Shown here in pieces: positions 10,041 to 18,134 of a stretch of DNA of 64,000 bases. This stretch comes from Nocardioides sp. (GTDB lineage: Bacteria > Actinomycetota > Actinomycetes > Propionibacteriales > Nocardioidaceae): assembly GCA_030145945.1 (NCBI GenBank), contig JASLDK010000119.1, positions 8,143-72,142 of the forward strand, written 5' to 3'. A program made the translations under genes and the position numbers. Every line of letters starts with the position of its first letter. The stretch's first letter is position 1. The notes beneath the pieces are model-generated. The model was not told the origin of the DNA. It saw only the letters and a program-made list of their open reading frames with translations, and did no database searches.

Positions 10041-10107
10041 GGGATAGTCCACGACGATTTCGGGCTCAAACGAGCCGAAAGAGCCCGAAATCGTCGTGGA
10101 CTATCCC
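10041..10107. repeat. REP-like long palindrome, copy 3 (solo)
   Basis: Perfect 27-bp inverted repeat GGGATAGTCCACGACGATTTCGGGCTC with a 13-nt loop, between convergent genes. Confidence 0.92.
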
Positions 10108-11081
10108 GGCTCGGCGCCCGGGAAGAAGACCTCCGGCACGTTCTCCACCGTCACCAGGCCGAGCTCCGCGGTGAACCCGGCGACGATCTCGTAGGCGCGG
10201 GCGATGCGCTCGGGAGTGTCCACCGTCGTCGTGATCACCGGCACCCGGCGGCCCAGCTGCCAGAGCCGGTCCCCGTGCGGCTCGTGGTCGCCGTGGAAGC
10301 CCCAGAGGCCGCGCAGCACGGTCGTCCCGGCCAGCCCGGCACCCCGCAGGGCCCGGACCATCCCGCGATGCACCGGTACGCCGTCGCGCAGCTGCGCCTC
10401 CGACGTGTACGCCGTGAGCCGTTGCCAGCGCTCCGACGGTCCGTCCGGCGGGGAGATCTCGACGCCGTCGCGCCGACACACACGGACCCGCTCGACCACC
10501 AGCCGCGCCTCCGGCACACTGCGGGCCAGATCGTCCCGGGCCGCCGCGATGCGCCGTTGATCACCCACCGCGAGGACCAGCGAGGGGACCTGACGGTTGC
10601 GGCTCCACAGGCCCGCGCGGCGTCGTACGCCGGCGACGACACCGTCGACTCCCAACAGTGCCGAGGCACCCGCGACACCGTGTTGGCGCAGGATCCGGCA
10701 GACCTCGACGTACCCGGCCGGACTGCGTCCGAGGAAGACCGAGAGCTTCCACTCCCCCGCGCCGGCGTCCGCGGTGGTGAGCGGTCGGCAGCGCTCCACC
10801 GTGATCATGCCGTGCTGCTGCAGCGCCCGCGCCTCCTCGAGCCAGTCGTCGATCCGGGGCCGCTCGTCGATCGCGGTCACGACCACCGACGGGTCCTCGG
10901 ACAGGGTCAGCAGATCGTCGCTGCGCAGCACTCGCGCCGGGCCGAAGCCACCCGCGGCACGCAGCACCAGGGCCGAGGGCACCCCGCGCGCCGCCATCCG
11001 CTCCAGCAGTACGTCGGACACGAAGCCGCCGGCGACCCGGTCGCGTTCCCCGAACCAGTGCGAGATCTTCCAGTTGTCCAT
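10101..11081 (-). CDS. DUF190 multi-domain (PII-like) protein
   Basis: GLAGTTVLRGLWGFHG and LLTLSEDPSVVVTAID motifs; TGATG-coupled to crcB. Confidence 0.85.
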   Translation of the reverse strand: MDNWKISHWFGERDRVAGGFVSDVLLERMAARGVPSALVLRAAGGFGPARVLRSDDLLTLSEDPSVVVTAIDERPRIDDWLEEARALQQHGMITVERCRPLTTADAGAGEWKLSVFLGRSPAGYVEVCRILRQHGVAGASALLGVDGVVAGVRRRAGLWSRNRQVPSLVLAVGDQRRIAAARDDLARSVPEARLVVERVRVCRRDGVEISPPDGPSERWQRLTAYTSEAQLRDGVPVHRGMVRALRGAGLAGTTVLRGLWGFHGDHEPHGDRLWQLGRRVPVITTTVDTPERIARAYEIVAGFTAELGLVTVENVPEVFFPGAEPG

Positions 11082-11446
11082 CAGAGCATGCCCCCGATCC
11101 ACAGTCCGAGTGCGGCCACGAGCACGCCGAGCGCGCTGCTCACCAGGATGTTCGCCAGCGCCCGGCGATGCTGCCGGCCCTCAACGAGTCGGTGCGTCTC
11201 GTACATCCAGGTGCTGAAGGTCGTGTAGGCGCCGATCACGCCGGTCCCCACGAGCAGGGCGAGGTCGGGGGGCAACGCCCAACCGTCCAGCACGCCGAGC
11301 ACGAAGGCGCCGCTGAGGTTGATCACCAGCGTGCCGTAGGGCAACAGGCCGGCGAAGCGCTGCGTGATCGCCCCGTCGACGATCAGCCGGGCCACCGCAC
11401 CGACGCCACCGCAGGCCATCACGCCGATCCAGAGCAGCACGGTCAT
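11081..11446 (-). CDS. crcB: Fluoride efflux channel Fluc/CrcB (second subunit)
   Basis: GGVGAVAR, PYGTLVINLSG and GAYTTFST motifs. Confidence 0.93.
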   Translation of the reverse strand: MTVLLWIGVMACGGVGAVARLIVDGAITQRFAGLLPYGTLVINLSGAFVLGVLDGWALPPDLALLVGTGVIGAYTTFSTWMYETHRLVEGRQHRRALANILVSSALGVLVAALGLWIGGML

Positions 11447-11835
11447 GGGCGCACCACCGTCCGCCGCGCGAGCGCAGTGGCCAGATGGAGGACGAGCAGA
11501 CCCGCGACGAGGCTGGCGAGCACATAGGCGCAGGCGAGGACGGCGTACCCGTCCTGAACGAGCCTGACCGTCTCCACCTGCATCGTGGAGAAGGTGCTCA
11601 GCCCGCCGCAGATGCCCGTGCCGACGAAGGGCCGCCGGAAACGCGAGACCGGCAGCCGCTCCAGCAGCACCGTCGAGAACCAACCGAGGGCGAAGGCGGC
11701 GACGATGTTCACGACGAAGGTCGCCCACGGCCATGCGTTCGCGTCCGTCACGAGTACCTTGCCGAGCCAGGCACGCAGCACGGCACCGATCGCACCGCCG
11801 GCGAAGACCGCGGCCAGCTCCCGCCGATCCCTCAT
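11443..11835 (-). CDS. crcB: Fluoride efflux channel Fluc/CrcB (first subunit)
   Basis: GGAIGAVLR, WPWATFVVN and GGLSTFST motifs. Confidence 0.93.
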   Translation of the reverse strand: MRDRRELAAVFAGGAIGAVLRAWLGKVLVTDANAWPWATFVVNIVAAFALGWFSTVLLERLPVSRFRRPFVGTGICGGLSTFSTMQVETVRLVQDGYAVLACAYVLASLVAGLLVLHLATALARRTVVRP

Positions 11836-11877
11836 CACCACTCCTGCTCGTCGTGGACGCGCAAGCGCGCCCAATGT

Positions 11878-11938
11878 CAGCAGGAACCATCAGCCCGGTG
11901 GCGGTTCGGCCCAGAGGGCCAGGCGGGATCCATCGCCG
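11878..11938 (-). ncRNA. Fluoride riboswitch (crcB motif)
   Basis: Minus strand GGCGATGGATCCCGCC...GAACCGCC...GGCTGATGGTTCCT matches the consensus and lies directly upstream of crcB. Confidence 0.9.
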
Positions 11939-11987
11939 ATCACGCAGGTTGCCAGAAGCAGGCCCCGCGCGTCAAAGAGTAGGGACT

Positions 11988-13469
11988 CTAATGCTTGCCG
12001 CGGCGTCCCTCGTCGGTGAGCTCCTGCTGCTCACGCGCCTGCTCCTCGAGGCGGGTGCGGATCTTGTTCCACACCTCGGGGGAGGCCGCCACCGACGTGA
12101 CTCCGCCGTCGAGTCTCTCGATCGCCCGGCGCGCATAGATCTGCTGCGCGGTCGCCGTACGCTCCGAGCGGTCATTGCCCAGGAAGGTGATGAACCACGC
12201 GAAGAGCGCGGTGATCTGGTTCTTGAAGCCGGTCAGGTAGACGAGGTGTACGGCGAGCCACATCAGCCACGCGACGATGCCGGTGAAGCGTGCCTTGCCC
12301 ACGGACGCGACCGCGCTGAACCGCGAGATCGTCGCCATCGAACCCTTGTCGAAATAGGTGAAGGCACCCTGCGGCGCCTTGCCGCGCACCCGGTTGTTGA
12401 TCTCCTTGGCGGCGTACTTGCCACCCTGGATCGCCACCTGCGCGACACCCGGCAGGTTGTCGAGCGAGATCATGTCGCCGACCACGAAGACCTCGGGGTG
12501 TCCCGGCAGCGTGAGGTCCGGGTTGACGCCGATGCGACCGGCACGGTCCAGGGAGGCGCCGGTCTGCTCGGCGAGCGTCTTCGTCAGCGGATTGGCCTGT
12601 ACGCCGGCCGCCCACACCTTCGTGGCCGCGTTGATGACCTCTTGACGGCCGTCCTTGAACTGGACGGTGATGGTGCGCTCGTCCATGTCGGTGACCATCG
12701 CGCCGAGGATGACCTCGACCCCGCGCTTCTGCAGCGAGCGCTTGGCGACCTCGCCGAGCTTGGCACCGAAGGGCGGCAGCACCTGGGGGGCGGCGTCCAG
12801 CAGGATCACCCGCGCCTTGCGGGTGTCGATGCGCCGGTAGTCACGACGCAGGGTGTTCTGCGCGAGTTCGGCGATCTGGCCGGCCATCTCCACACCGGTC
12901 GGACCGGCGCCGACGATCACGAAGGTCATGTAGAGATCACGGCCGGCGTCGGTCTCGGCCAGCTCGGCCAGCTCGAAGGTGCCGAAGATCCGGCCGCGCA
13001 GCTCCAGGGCGTCGTCGATGGTCTTCATGCCGGGCGCGAAGTTCGCGAAGTGGTCGTTGCCGAAGTACGACTGCCCGGCGCCCGCGGCCACGATCAGGCT
13101 GTCGTAGCCGATCGTCGACATGCGCCCCTGGATGTGCGAGGTCAGCTGGCGGTGCTCGAGATCGATGTCGGTGACATCGCCGAGCACGACACGGGTGTTC
13201 TGCTGACGGGAGAGCACCTCACGCGTCGGGGGCGCGATCTCGCCCTGGGAGAGGATGCCCGTCGCCACTTGGTAGAGCAGCGGCTGGAAGAGGTGGTGGG
13301 TCGTCTTGGAGATCAGCGTGACGTCGACGTCCGCCTTGCGGAGCTGCTTGGCGGCGAAGAGCCCACCGAAGCCGGAGCCGACGATCACCACGCGGTGACG
13401 ATGGGACGGGTTGGCCTCGGCCGTCGTCGGAGCGGGGACAGACGTGGGGACTGCGTTGCTGGTCGCCAT
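11988..13469 (-). CDS. ndh: Type II NADH dehydrogenase (NDH-2)
   Basis: VVIVGSGFGG, HLFQPLLYQVATG, GAGPTGVEMAG and YFDKGSMATISRF motifs. Confidence 0.93.
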   Translation of the reverse strand: MATSNAVPTSVPAPTTAEANPSHRHRVVIVGSGFGGLFAAKQLRKADVDVTLISKTTHHLFQPLLYQVATGILSQGEIAPPTREVLSRQQNTRVVLGDVTDIDLEHRQLTSHIQGRMSTIGYDSLIVAAGAGQSYFGNDHFANFAPGMKTIDDALELRGRIFGTFELAELAETDAGRDLYMTFVIVGAGPTGVEMAGQIAELAQNTLRRDYRRIDTRKARVILLDAAPQVLPPFGAKLGEVAKRSLQKRGVEVILGAMVTDMDERTITVQFKDGRQEVINAATKVWAAGVQANPLTKTLAEQTGASLDRAGRIGVNPDLTLPGHPEVFVVGDMISLDNLPGVAQVAIQGGKYAAKEINNRVRGKAPQGAFTYFDKGSMATISRFSAVASVGKARFTGIVAWLMWLAVHLVYLTGFKNQITALFAWFITFLGNDRSERTATAQQIYARRAIERLDGGVTSVAASPEVWNKIRTRLEEQAREQQELTDEGRRGKH

Positions 13470-13557
13470 GACTCCATTGTCCGCAAACGGGGGCTCCCGC
13501 GCATCCCGGGGGCGGTCCGTCTCAGTTTCACGGGCGGCTTCCGGGCACTATGGTCCG

Positions 13558-14928
13558 GTGACTCATTTCGACCTGGTCGTCATCGGCGCCGGATCCGGCA
13601 ACATGATCGTCAATCGCCGGTACGACGACCTGCGCGTCGCCACCGTCGAGGACCGCTTCTTCGGCGGCACCTGCCTCAACGTGGGCTGCATCCCGACCAA
13701 GATGTTCGTGGTCCCCGCAGACCTGGCGCGCGCGGCCGCGGACGGACCGCGCCTCGGCGTGCACACCTCGTTCGACTCCGCCGACTGGCCCGCGATCCGG
13801 GACCGCATCTTCGGCCGGATCGACGTCAATTCGGCGTCGGCGCACGACTGGCGGGCGGGCCTGCCCAATCACACCGTGTACGACGGCCGCGCGCGGTTCG
13901 TGGGCGAACGGACCATCCTCGTCCACACCCGTGACGGCGCGGAGGAGACGATCACCGCCGACCAGGTCGTGGTCGCGGCCGGCCGCCGGCCGGTGATCCC
14001 GGAGATCGCCGGGATCCACGACGTCGACTTCCACACCAGCGACACGGTGATGCGGCTGGTCGCCCTCCCGGAGAGCATGATCATCCTCGGCGGCGGTGTG
14101 GTGGCGGCCGAGTTCGCGCACGTCTTCTCGGCGTACGGCACCAGGGTCACGCAGGTGGCCCGGGGAGAGCGCTTGCTGCGTCACTTCGACGCGGACATCG
14201 CCCGGGGCTTCACCGAGCTCGCGGCTGCGCAGTGGGATGTCCGGCTCGGCTGCGAGATGAGCAGCGTGCGTCGTACGGATGCCGGCGTACGGGCGGTCCT
14301 CGGCGACGGCAGCGAGGTGGAGGCGGAGATCCTGCTCGTCGCGACCGGCCGCGAGTCCAATGCGGATCGGCTGGACGTGGCCGCGGCCGGCATCGAGGTC
14401 GACGCGGACGACGTGATCGTCGTCGACGAGTACCAGCGCACCTCCGCGCCCGGTGTCTGGGCGCTGGGCGACATCGCCAATCACATCGAGCTCAAGCACG
14501 TCGCCAATCACGAGGCACGGGTGATCAAGCACAACCTGCTCCACCCCGACGACCTGATCGCCTCACGTCACCGGGCGATCCCGCGCGCGGTCTTCAGCTC
14601 ACCCCAGGTCGCCTCCGTCGGGATGACCGAGCAGGAGGCGATCGCCGCCGGTACGGCGTACGTCACCGCCACGCAGCGGTACGCCGACGTCGCCTACGGT
14701 TGGGCGCTCGAGGACAGCGGTCACTTCGTGAAGGTGATCGTCTCGACCGAGACGGGCCTGCTCCTCGGCGCACACATCCTGGGACCTGACGCGGCCACCC
14801 TGATCCAGCCCCTCATCCAGGCGATGAGCTTCGACCTTCCGGCCGCCGAGATGGCGCGCAACCAGTACTGGATCCACCCCGCGCTCACCGAGGTCGTCGA
14901 GAATGCGCTGCTCGGGGTCAGGCTGTAG
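13558..14928 (+). CDS. mtr: Mycothione reductase
   Basis: GAGSGN, GGTCLNVGCIPTKM redox motif, LKHVANHEAR and QYWIHPALTEVVENA. Confidence 0.9.
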   Translation: MTHFDLVVIGAGSGNMIVNRRYDDLRVATVEDRFFGGTCLNVGCIPTKMFVVPADLARAAADGPRLGVHTSFDSADWPAIRDRIFGRIDVNSASAHDWRAGLPNHTVYDGRARFVGERTILVHTRDGAEETITADQVVVAAGRRPVIPEIAGIHDVDFHTSDTVMRLVALPESMIILGGGVVAAEFAHVFSAYGTRVTQVARGERLLRHFDADIARGFTELAAAQWDVRLGCEMSSVRRTDAGVRAVLGDGSEVEAEILLVATGRESNADRLDVAAAGIEVDADDVIVVDEYQRTSAPGVWALGDIANHIELKHVANHEARVIKHNLLHPDDLIASRHRAIPRAVFSSPQVASVGMTEQEAIAAGTAYVTATQRYADVAYGWALEDSGHFVKVIVSTETGLLLGAHILGPDAATLIQPLIQAMSFDLPAAEMARNQYWIHPALTEVVENALLGVRL

Positions 14929-15017
14929 CCGATTCATGCTGTGTCCGATTCATTGCGAGTGAATCGGCCCGATAGCGGGCACTATGGTGACGATCGGCCG
15001 CACAGGAGCGATTTACG

Positions 15018-15965
15018 TTGCCAAAGACCCGCCAGCTTCCCCTCCCGTCGCGCCCCGCATCGGTGCGCGTCGCGCGAGCGTGGGTGCGCGACATCCTGGG
15101 CGAACTCGGCCGGTCGGATCTCGTCCCAAGCGCGATGCTCGGAGTCTCCGAACTGGTCACGAACGCGATCATCCACGGGCAGCCGCCGGTCGCGGTGAGT
15201 GTCACCAGCGATGCCGAGCACCCGGTGATCGAGGTACACGACGGTGGCGCGCCCTCCTGGCGTCCGATGGGGCTCGAGGCGCTGCAGGGCACGGAGGGCC
15301 CGGCGACCGTCGGTCGCGGACTGGCCCTTGTCGCGATGAGTTCCGTGGCCTGGGGTACGCGGCCCGATCCGGCCGGTGATCACACCGTCGTCTGGTTCGA
15401 ACCCTCGGTCGAGATGCACGACCGGGTCGACCTCAGCCCGGTGCTGGACAACGGCGGCACGGACGATGCCGATGCCGAGACCCCGGCGGACGGCATCACG
15501 ATCGTGCTGACCAATTTCCCGGTCCTGCTCTACGCCGAGATGCGTCGCCACCAGTACGAGCTGCGCCGCGAGCTCGGCCTGCTCCTCTTCGAGCATCCCC
15601 ACCGCTTCCCCATCGCCCGGGCGGCGATAGCCGCCATCGACGAGGCCGGAACGCAGCGCAGAGCCGGCAGTGGCTTCAACCAGATCGAGAGTGCCGCGGG
15701 CGAAGGCGTCGAGACGATCGACCTGACCTACGCCGTACGGCCGTCGACGCCGCGCGCACTCGTCCGGCTCCGCGAGGCCCTCGACGCCTGCTACGCCTCC
15801 CTCACCGAGGAGATGCTGCTCACCGTCCGGCCGGCGGCCGAGGTCCGCGACTTCCAGGACTGGTTCTTCGGCCAGGTGATCGACCAGGCCGACGGCGCCG
15901 CACCGATCCCGTGGCGCGGCCCGCTGGCGGTCGGCCGGAGCCAGCGCGCCGACCGCACCGGCTGA
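15018..15965 (+). CDS. ATP-binding protein (HATPase_c_2, anti-sigma-like) with C-terminal extension
   Basis: SVRVARAWV, VSELVTNAIIHG, IEVHD and GRGLALV motifs. Confidence 0.8.
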   Translation: MPKTRQLPLPSRPASVRVARAWVRDILGELGRSDLVPSAMLGVSELVTNAIIHGQPPVAVSVTSDAEHPVIEVHDGGAPSWRPMGLEALQGTEGPATVGRGLALVAMSSVAWGTRPDPAGDHTVVWFEPSVEMHDRVDLSPVLDNGGTDDADAETPADGITIVLTNFPVLLYAEMRRHQYELRRELGLLLFEHPHRFPIARAAIAAIDEAGTQRRAGSGFNQIESAAGEGVETIDLTYAVRPSTPRALVRLREALDACYASLTEEMLLTVRPAAEVRDFQDWFFGQVIDQADGAAPIPWRGPLAVGRSQRADRTG

Positions 15966-16014
15966 CCTGAGGCGGTCGATCGCGCCCGATGATCGCGTAT
16001 GCCAGAGTGCGCGT

Positions 16015-16959
16015 GTGGGAATCGAGGTTTCCGGACGACATGTCCTCCGCGGAGGGTGGCGCGGTCGGCTGGCTCGCCTGGTCGTTCTCATGCTGTCTCT
16101 CGGCCTTCTCGGCTCAGGATGCGCCAGTGGCGCGAGGAAGTCCGCGAACAAGCACGAGAAGAACTCTTCGTCGTCATCAGCCGGCCAGACCGACTCCGCA
16201 TCTTCTGGTGCACCTCTGCCCGCAGCGGAGTATGAACAGGCCCGCAGGGACCTGAGGCGCAGCGATACCGGCCGATTCGAGCTTCTCGTGTACCGCCCGG
16301 TGGACGACGAAGAAGCCGACCTGACCTTCCTACCGCGGATGCACGGCTCGTGGAAGCTCTCGACCTCCCAGGTGGCATCAGTGGTCCGACAAACGTTGCC
16401 GGGCTCCGCGGTCGAGGTCGGGTTCCGCATGGTGGGCGGCCGGTCGTATGTCCGCGTGGCGTCCAAGGGGTCAGTCTTCGGGGCCGACTGTTGGGCCAAT
16501 GTCGACACCGCCGGTCGCATCATGTCGGCGGAGGATTTGGCCGGGCGGCAATTCGGGATCCCGGCAGCGCTCAATGCCTTTCTTCGATACCGCTCCGAAG
16601 GGCAATCCTCAGCCGGCACGACCTCGTTGTACGACGTACTCGGCGCCATCGGTTTCCAGAAGCTGGCGAACACCGAAGTGAAGGCGCTCCGCACGTCGTG
16701 GGTTCCGATCTCGTTCGAACTTCAGGCCGGACGGCTCGCCCGTGCCTTCGTCTTCCCTCACGACCTCACCGAGGCTCTGCGGCCCCTCTCCACCGTCCCT
16801 GAGCTCGCGAAGTTCAGGTCCGTGATCGCAGCCACTCCCCTCCAGTTCTGGGGAATCGACTACCGCGATTTCGGCGGGCCCGTCGAGATCCGCCCACCGA
16901 GGGCAAGCAAGCTGGTCGATCTCACGGACCGCTCATCGCGCTGCAGGGATACCCGGTAA
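16015..16959 (+). CDS. Putative lipoprotein (start uncertain)
   Basis: Hydrophobic stretch ending LLGSGC, then a Ser-rich linker and a globular domain. Confidence 0.6.
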   Translation: MGIEVSGRHVLRGGWRGRLARLVVLMLSLGLLGSGCASGARKSANKHEKNSSSSSAGQTDSASSGAPLPAAEYEQARRDLRRSDTGRFELLVYRPVDDEEADLTFLPRMHGSWKLSTSQVASVVRQTLPGSAVEVGFRMVGGRSYVRVASKGSVFGADCWANVDTAGRIMSAEDLAGRQFGIPAALNAFLRYRSEGQSSAGTTSLYDVLGAIGFQKLANTEVKALRTSWVPISFELQAGRLARAFVFPHDLTEALRPLSTVPELAKFRSVIAATPLQFWGIDYRDFGGPVEIRPPRASKLVDLTDRSSRCRDTR

Positions 16960-17077
16960 CCCACCGCTTTGAGGAGGATCCGCCGGGAGACCGCCCGCAC
17001 CTTCGCCTCGACCGACATGACCCCTGATGACAGAAGGGCCTCCGGCCAGCATTTCCGCTGACTGGAGGCGCTTCTCG

Positions 17078-17117
17078 TGGCGACCCCGACGGGACTCGAA
17101 CCCGCGGTGACAGGGCG
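17078..17117 (-). pseudogene. Degenerate duplicate of the tRNA-Asp 3' half (att-like scar)
   Basis: TGGCGACCCCGACGGGACTCGAACCCGCGG is identical to 17254-17283; it continues TGACAGGGCG after a 9-nt deletion. Confidence 0.85.
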
Positions 17118-17208
17118 AGACACCGAAGGCAACTACCCGACCCACGCCGAGACTCGCGCCGGGGTCGGTAGGAGTCGCCCTGAGGCGCGGTGCCTTACAA
17201 CCACGTAG

Positions 17209-17250
17209 AAAGGCCGCCTGATCTGCGTTTCCGCAGATCAGGCGGCCTTC
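17209..17250. terminator. Hairpin downstream of tRNA-Asp
   Basis: AAGGCCGCCTGATCTGCG / CGCAGATCAGGCGGCCTT inverted repeat. Confidence 0.65.
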
Positions 17251-17253
17251 CGT

Positions 17254-17330
17254 TGGCGACCCCGACGGGACTCGAACCCGCGGCCTCCGCCGTGACAGGG
17301 CGGCGCGCTAACCAACTGCGCTACGGGGCC
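17254..17330 (-). tRNA. tRNA-Asp(GTC)
   Basis: GGCCCCGTAGCGCAGTTGG...CCGCC-CTGTCAC-GGCGG...GGTTCGAGTCCC...GGGGTCGCCA with encoded CCA. Confidence 0.97.
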
Positions 17331-17439
17331 AGGTGTACTGCTGTGGTGCTGCTCCCTCAATCAGGAGCCACGGAATGCTAACCCATCCCGGTGCCCAACT
17401 CACAATCGAGGGGATCCGGAGCGTGCGAACAGGCCGCTT

Positions 17440-17462
17440 CGCACCCCCAACGGGATTCGAAC
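17440..17462. repeat. att core, left copy (displaced tRNA-Glu 3' end)
   Basis: CGCACCCCCAACGGGATTCGAAC is identical to 55958-55980. Confidence 0.95.
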
Positions 17463-17793
17463 GCGACCCGATTGAGCGTGGCGGTGCTCGCTGAGCGTAA
17501 CAGGGGCCAGTTCGGGCCACTCCGGATGAGCCGGAACCGGGTCACGTGTTGACGCCGTCAACACCTGACACCCCTCGTAGGCTCCCCTCGTGACCGCCCT
17601 CCGCGTCTGGCTCTCGGCCCAGCTCCTCGGCGACGACCTGGACGCCACGTGGGTGGACACGGCACCGGTGGGTGACCTGCTGGGAGGCCTATGTGATCTC
17701 GGCGGCGCGGTATCGGACGGGGATGGACGACGATGTCGAGGTGCGCCAGGGGTGGCACCGGGCGGAGCACGTGAGGCCCGCAAACGACAAGTA

Positions 17794-17822
17794 GCCCCCA
17801 CCGCCGGGATGGCGATGGGGGC
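17794..17822. terminator. Probable terminator ending the phage late operon
   Basis: GCCCCCACCGCC/GGCGATGGGGGC stem with A-rich left and T-rich right flanks. Confidence 0.6.
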
Positions 17823-17852
17823 GTGTCTCTTTGTTAGCGACAAACGGTCAGG

Positions 17853-18134
17853 TCAGCGCTCCTGTATGAACAGGGTGATGGTCCGGTCGTCGGTGCGGCC
17901 CTGGTTGGTGGTGATCCGGCATGTGGCCGTGACGGTTCGGACGCTGGTGGCGTCGGCGTCCGTGAGCCAGATCGTGGCCGTGGTGTCGTCGTGGCTCTCG
18001 TCGTGTCCGGTGATGTTGGTCGAGAGGATCCATGTCGCGTTCGCGATGGTCTCCCCTTCGGCGAGCCATGCGGTCCATTCGGCCTTGTAGTCGAGGTCGG
18101 AGTCGGGGTCGATGGCGGTGTCGGGCTTGATCAT
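17853..18134 (-). CDS. Phage fibre-tail adaptor-like protein
   Basis: DPDSDLDY..W..WL.EGETI...GRTDDRTI pattern; ATGA-coupled to the fibre gene. Confidence 0.65.
   Translation of the reverse strand: MIKPDTAIDPDSDLDYKAEWTAWLAEGETIANATWILSTNITGHDESHDDTTATIWLTDADATSVRTVTATCRITTNQGRTDDRTITLFIQER

Noticed and set aside
1015..10107. Palindromic repeats as a CRISPR array
   Set aside because: Only three dispersed copies, no regular repeat-spacer periodicity and no cas genes in the window.
17078..17117. Second functional tRNA-Asp or the prophage att site
   Set aside because: It lacks the 5' half and has a deletion in the anticodon arm; the prophage boundaries match the tRNA-Glu repeat instead.
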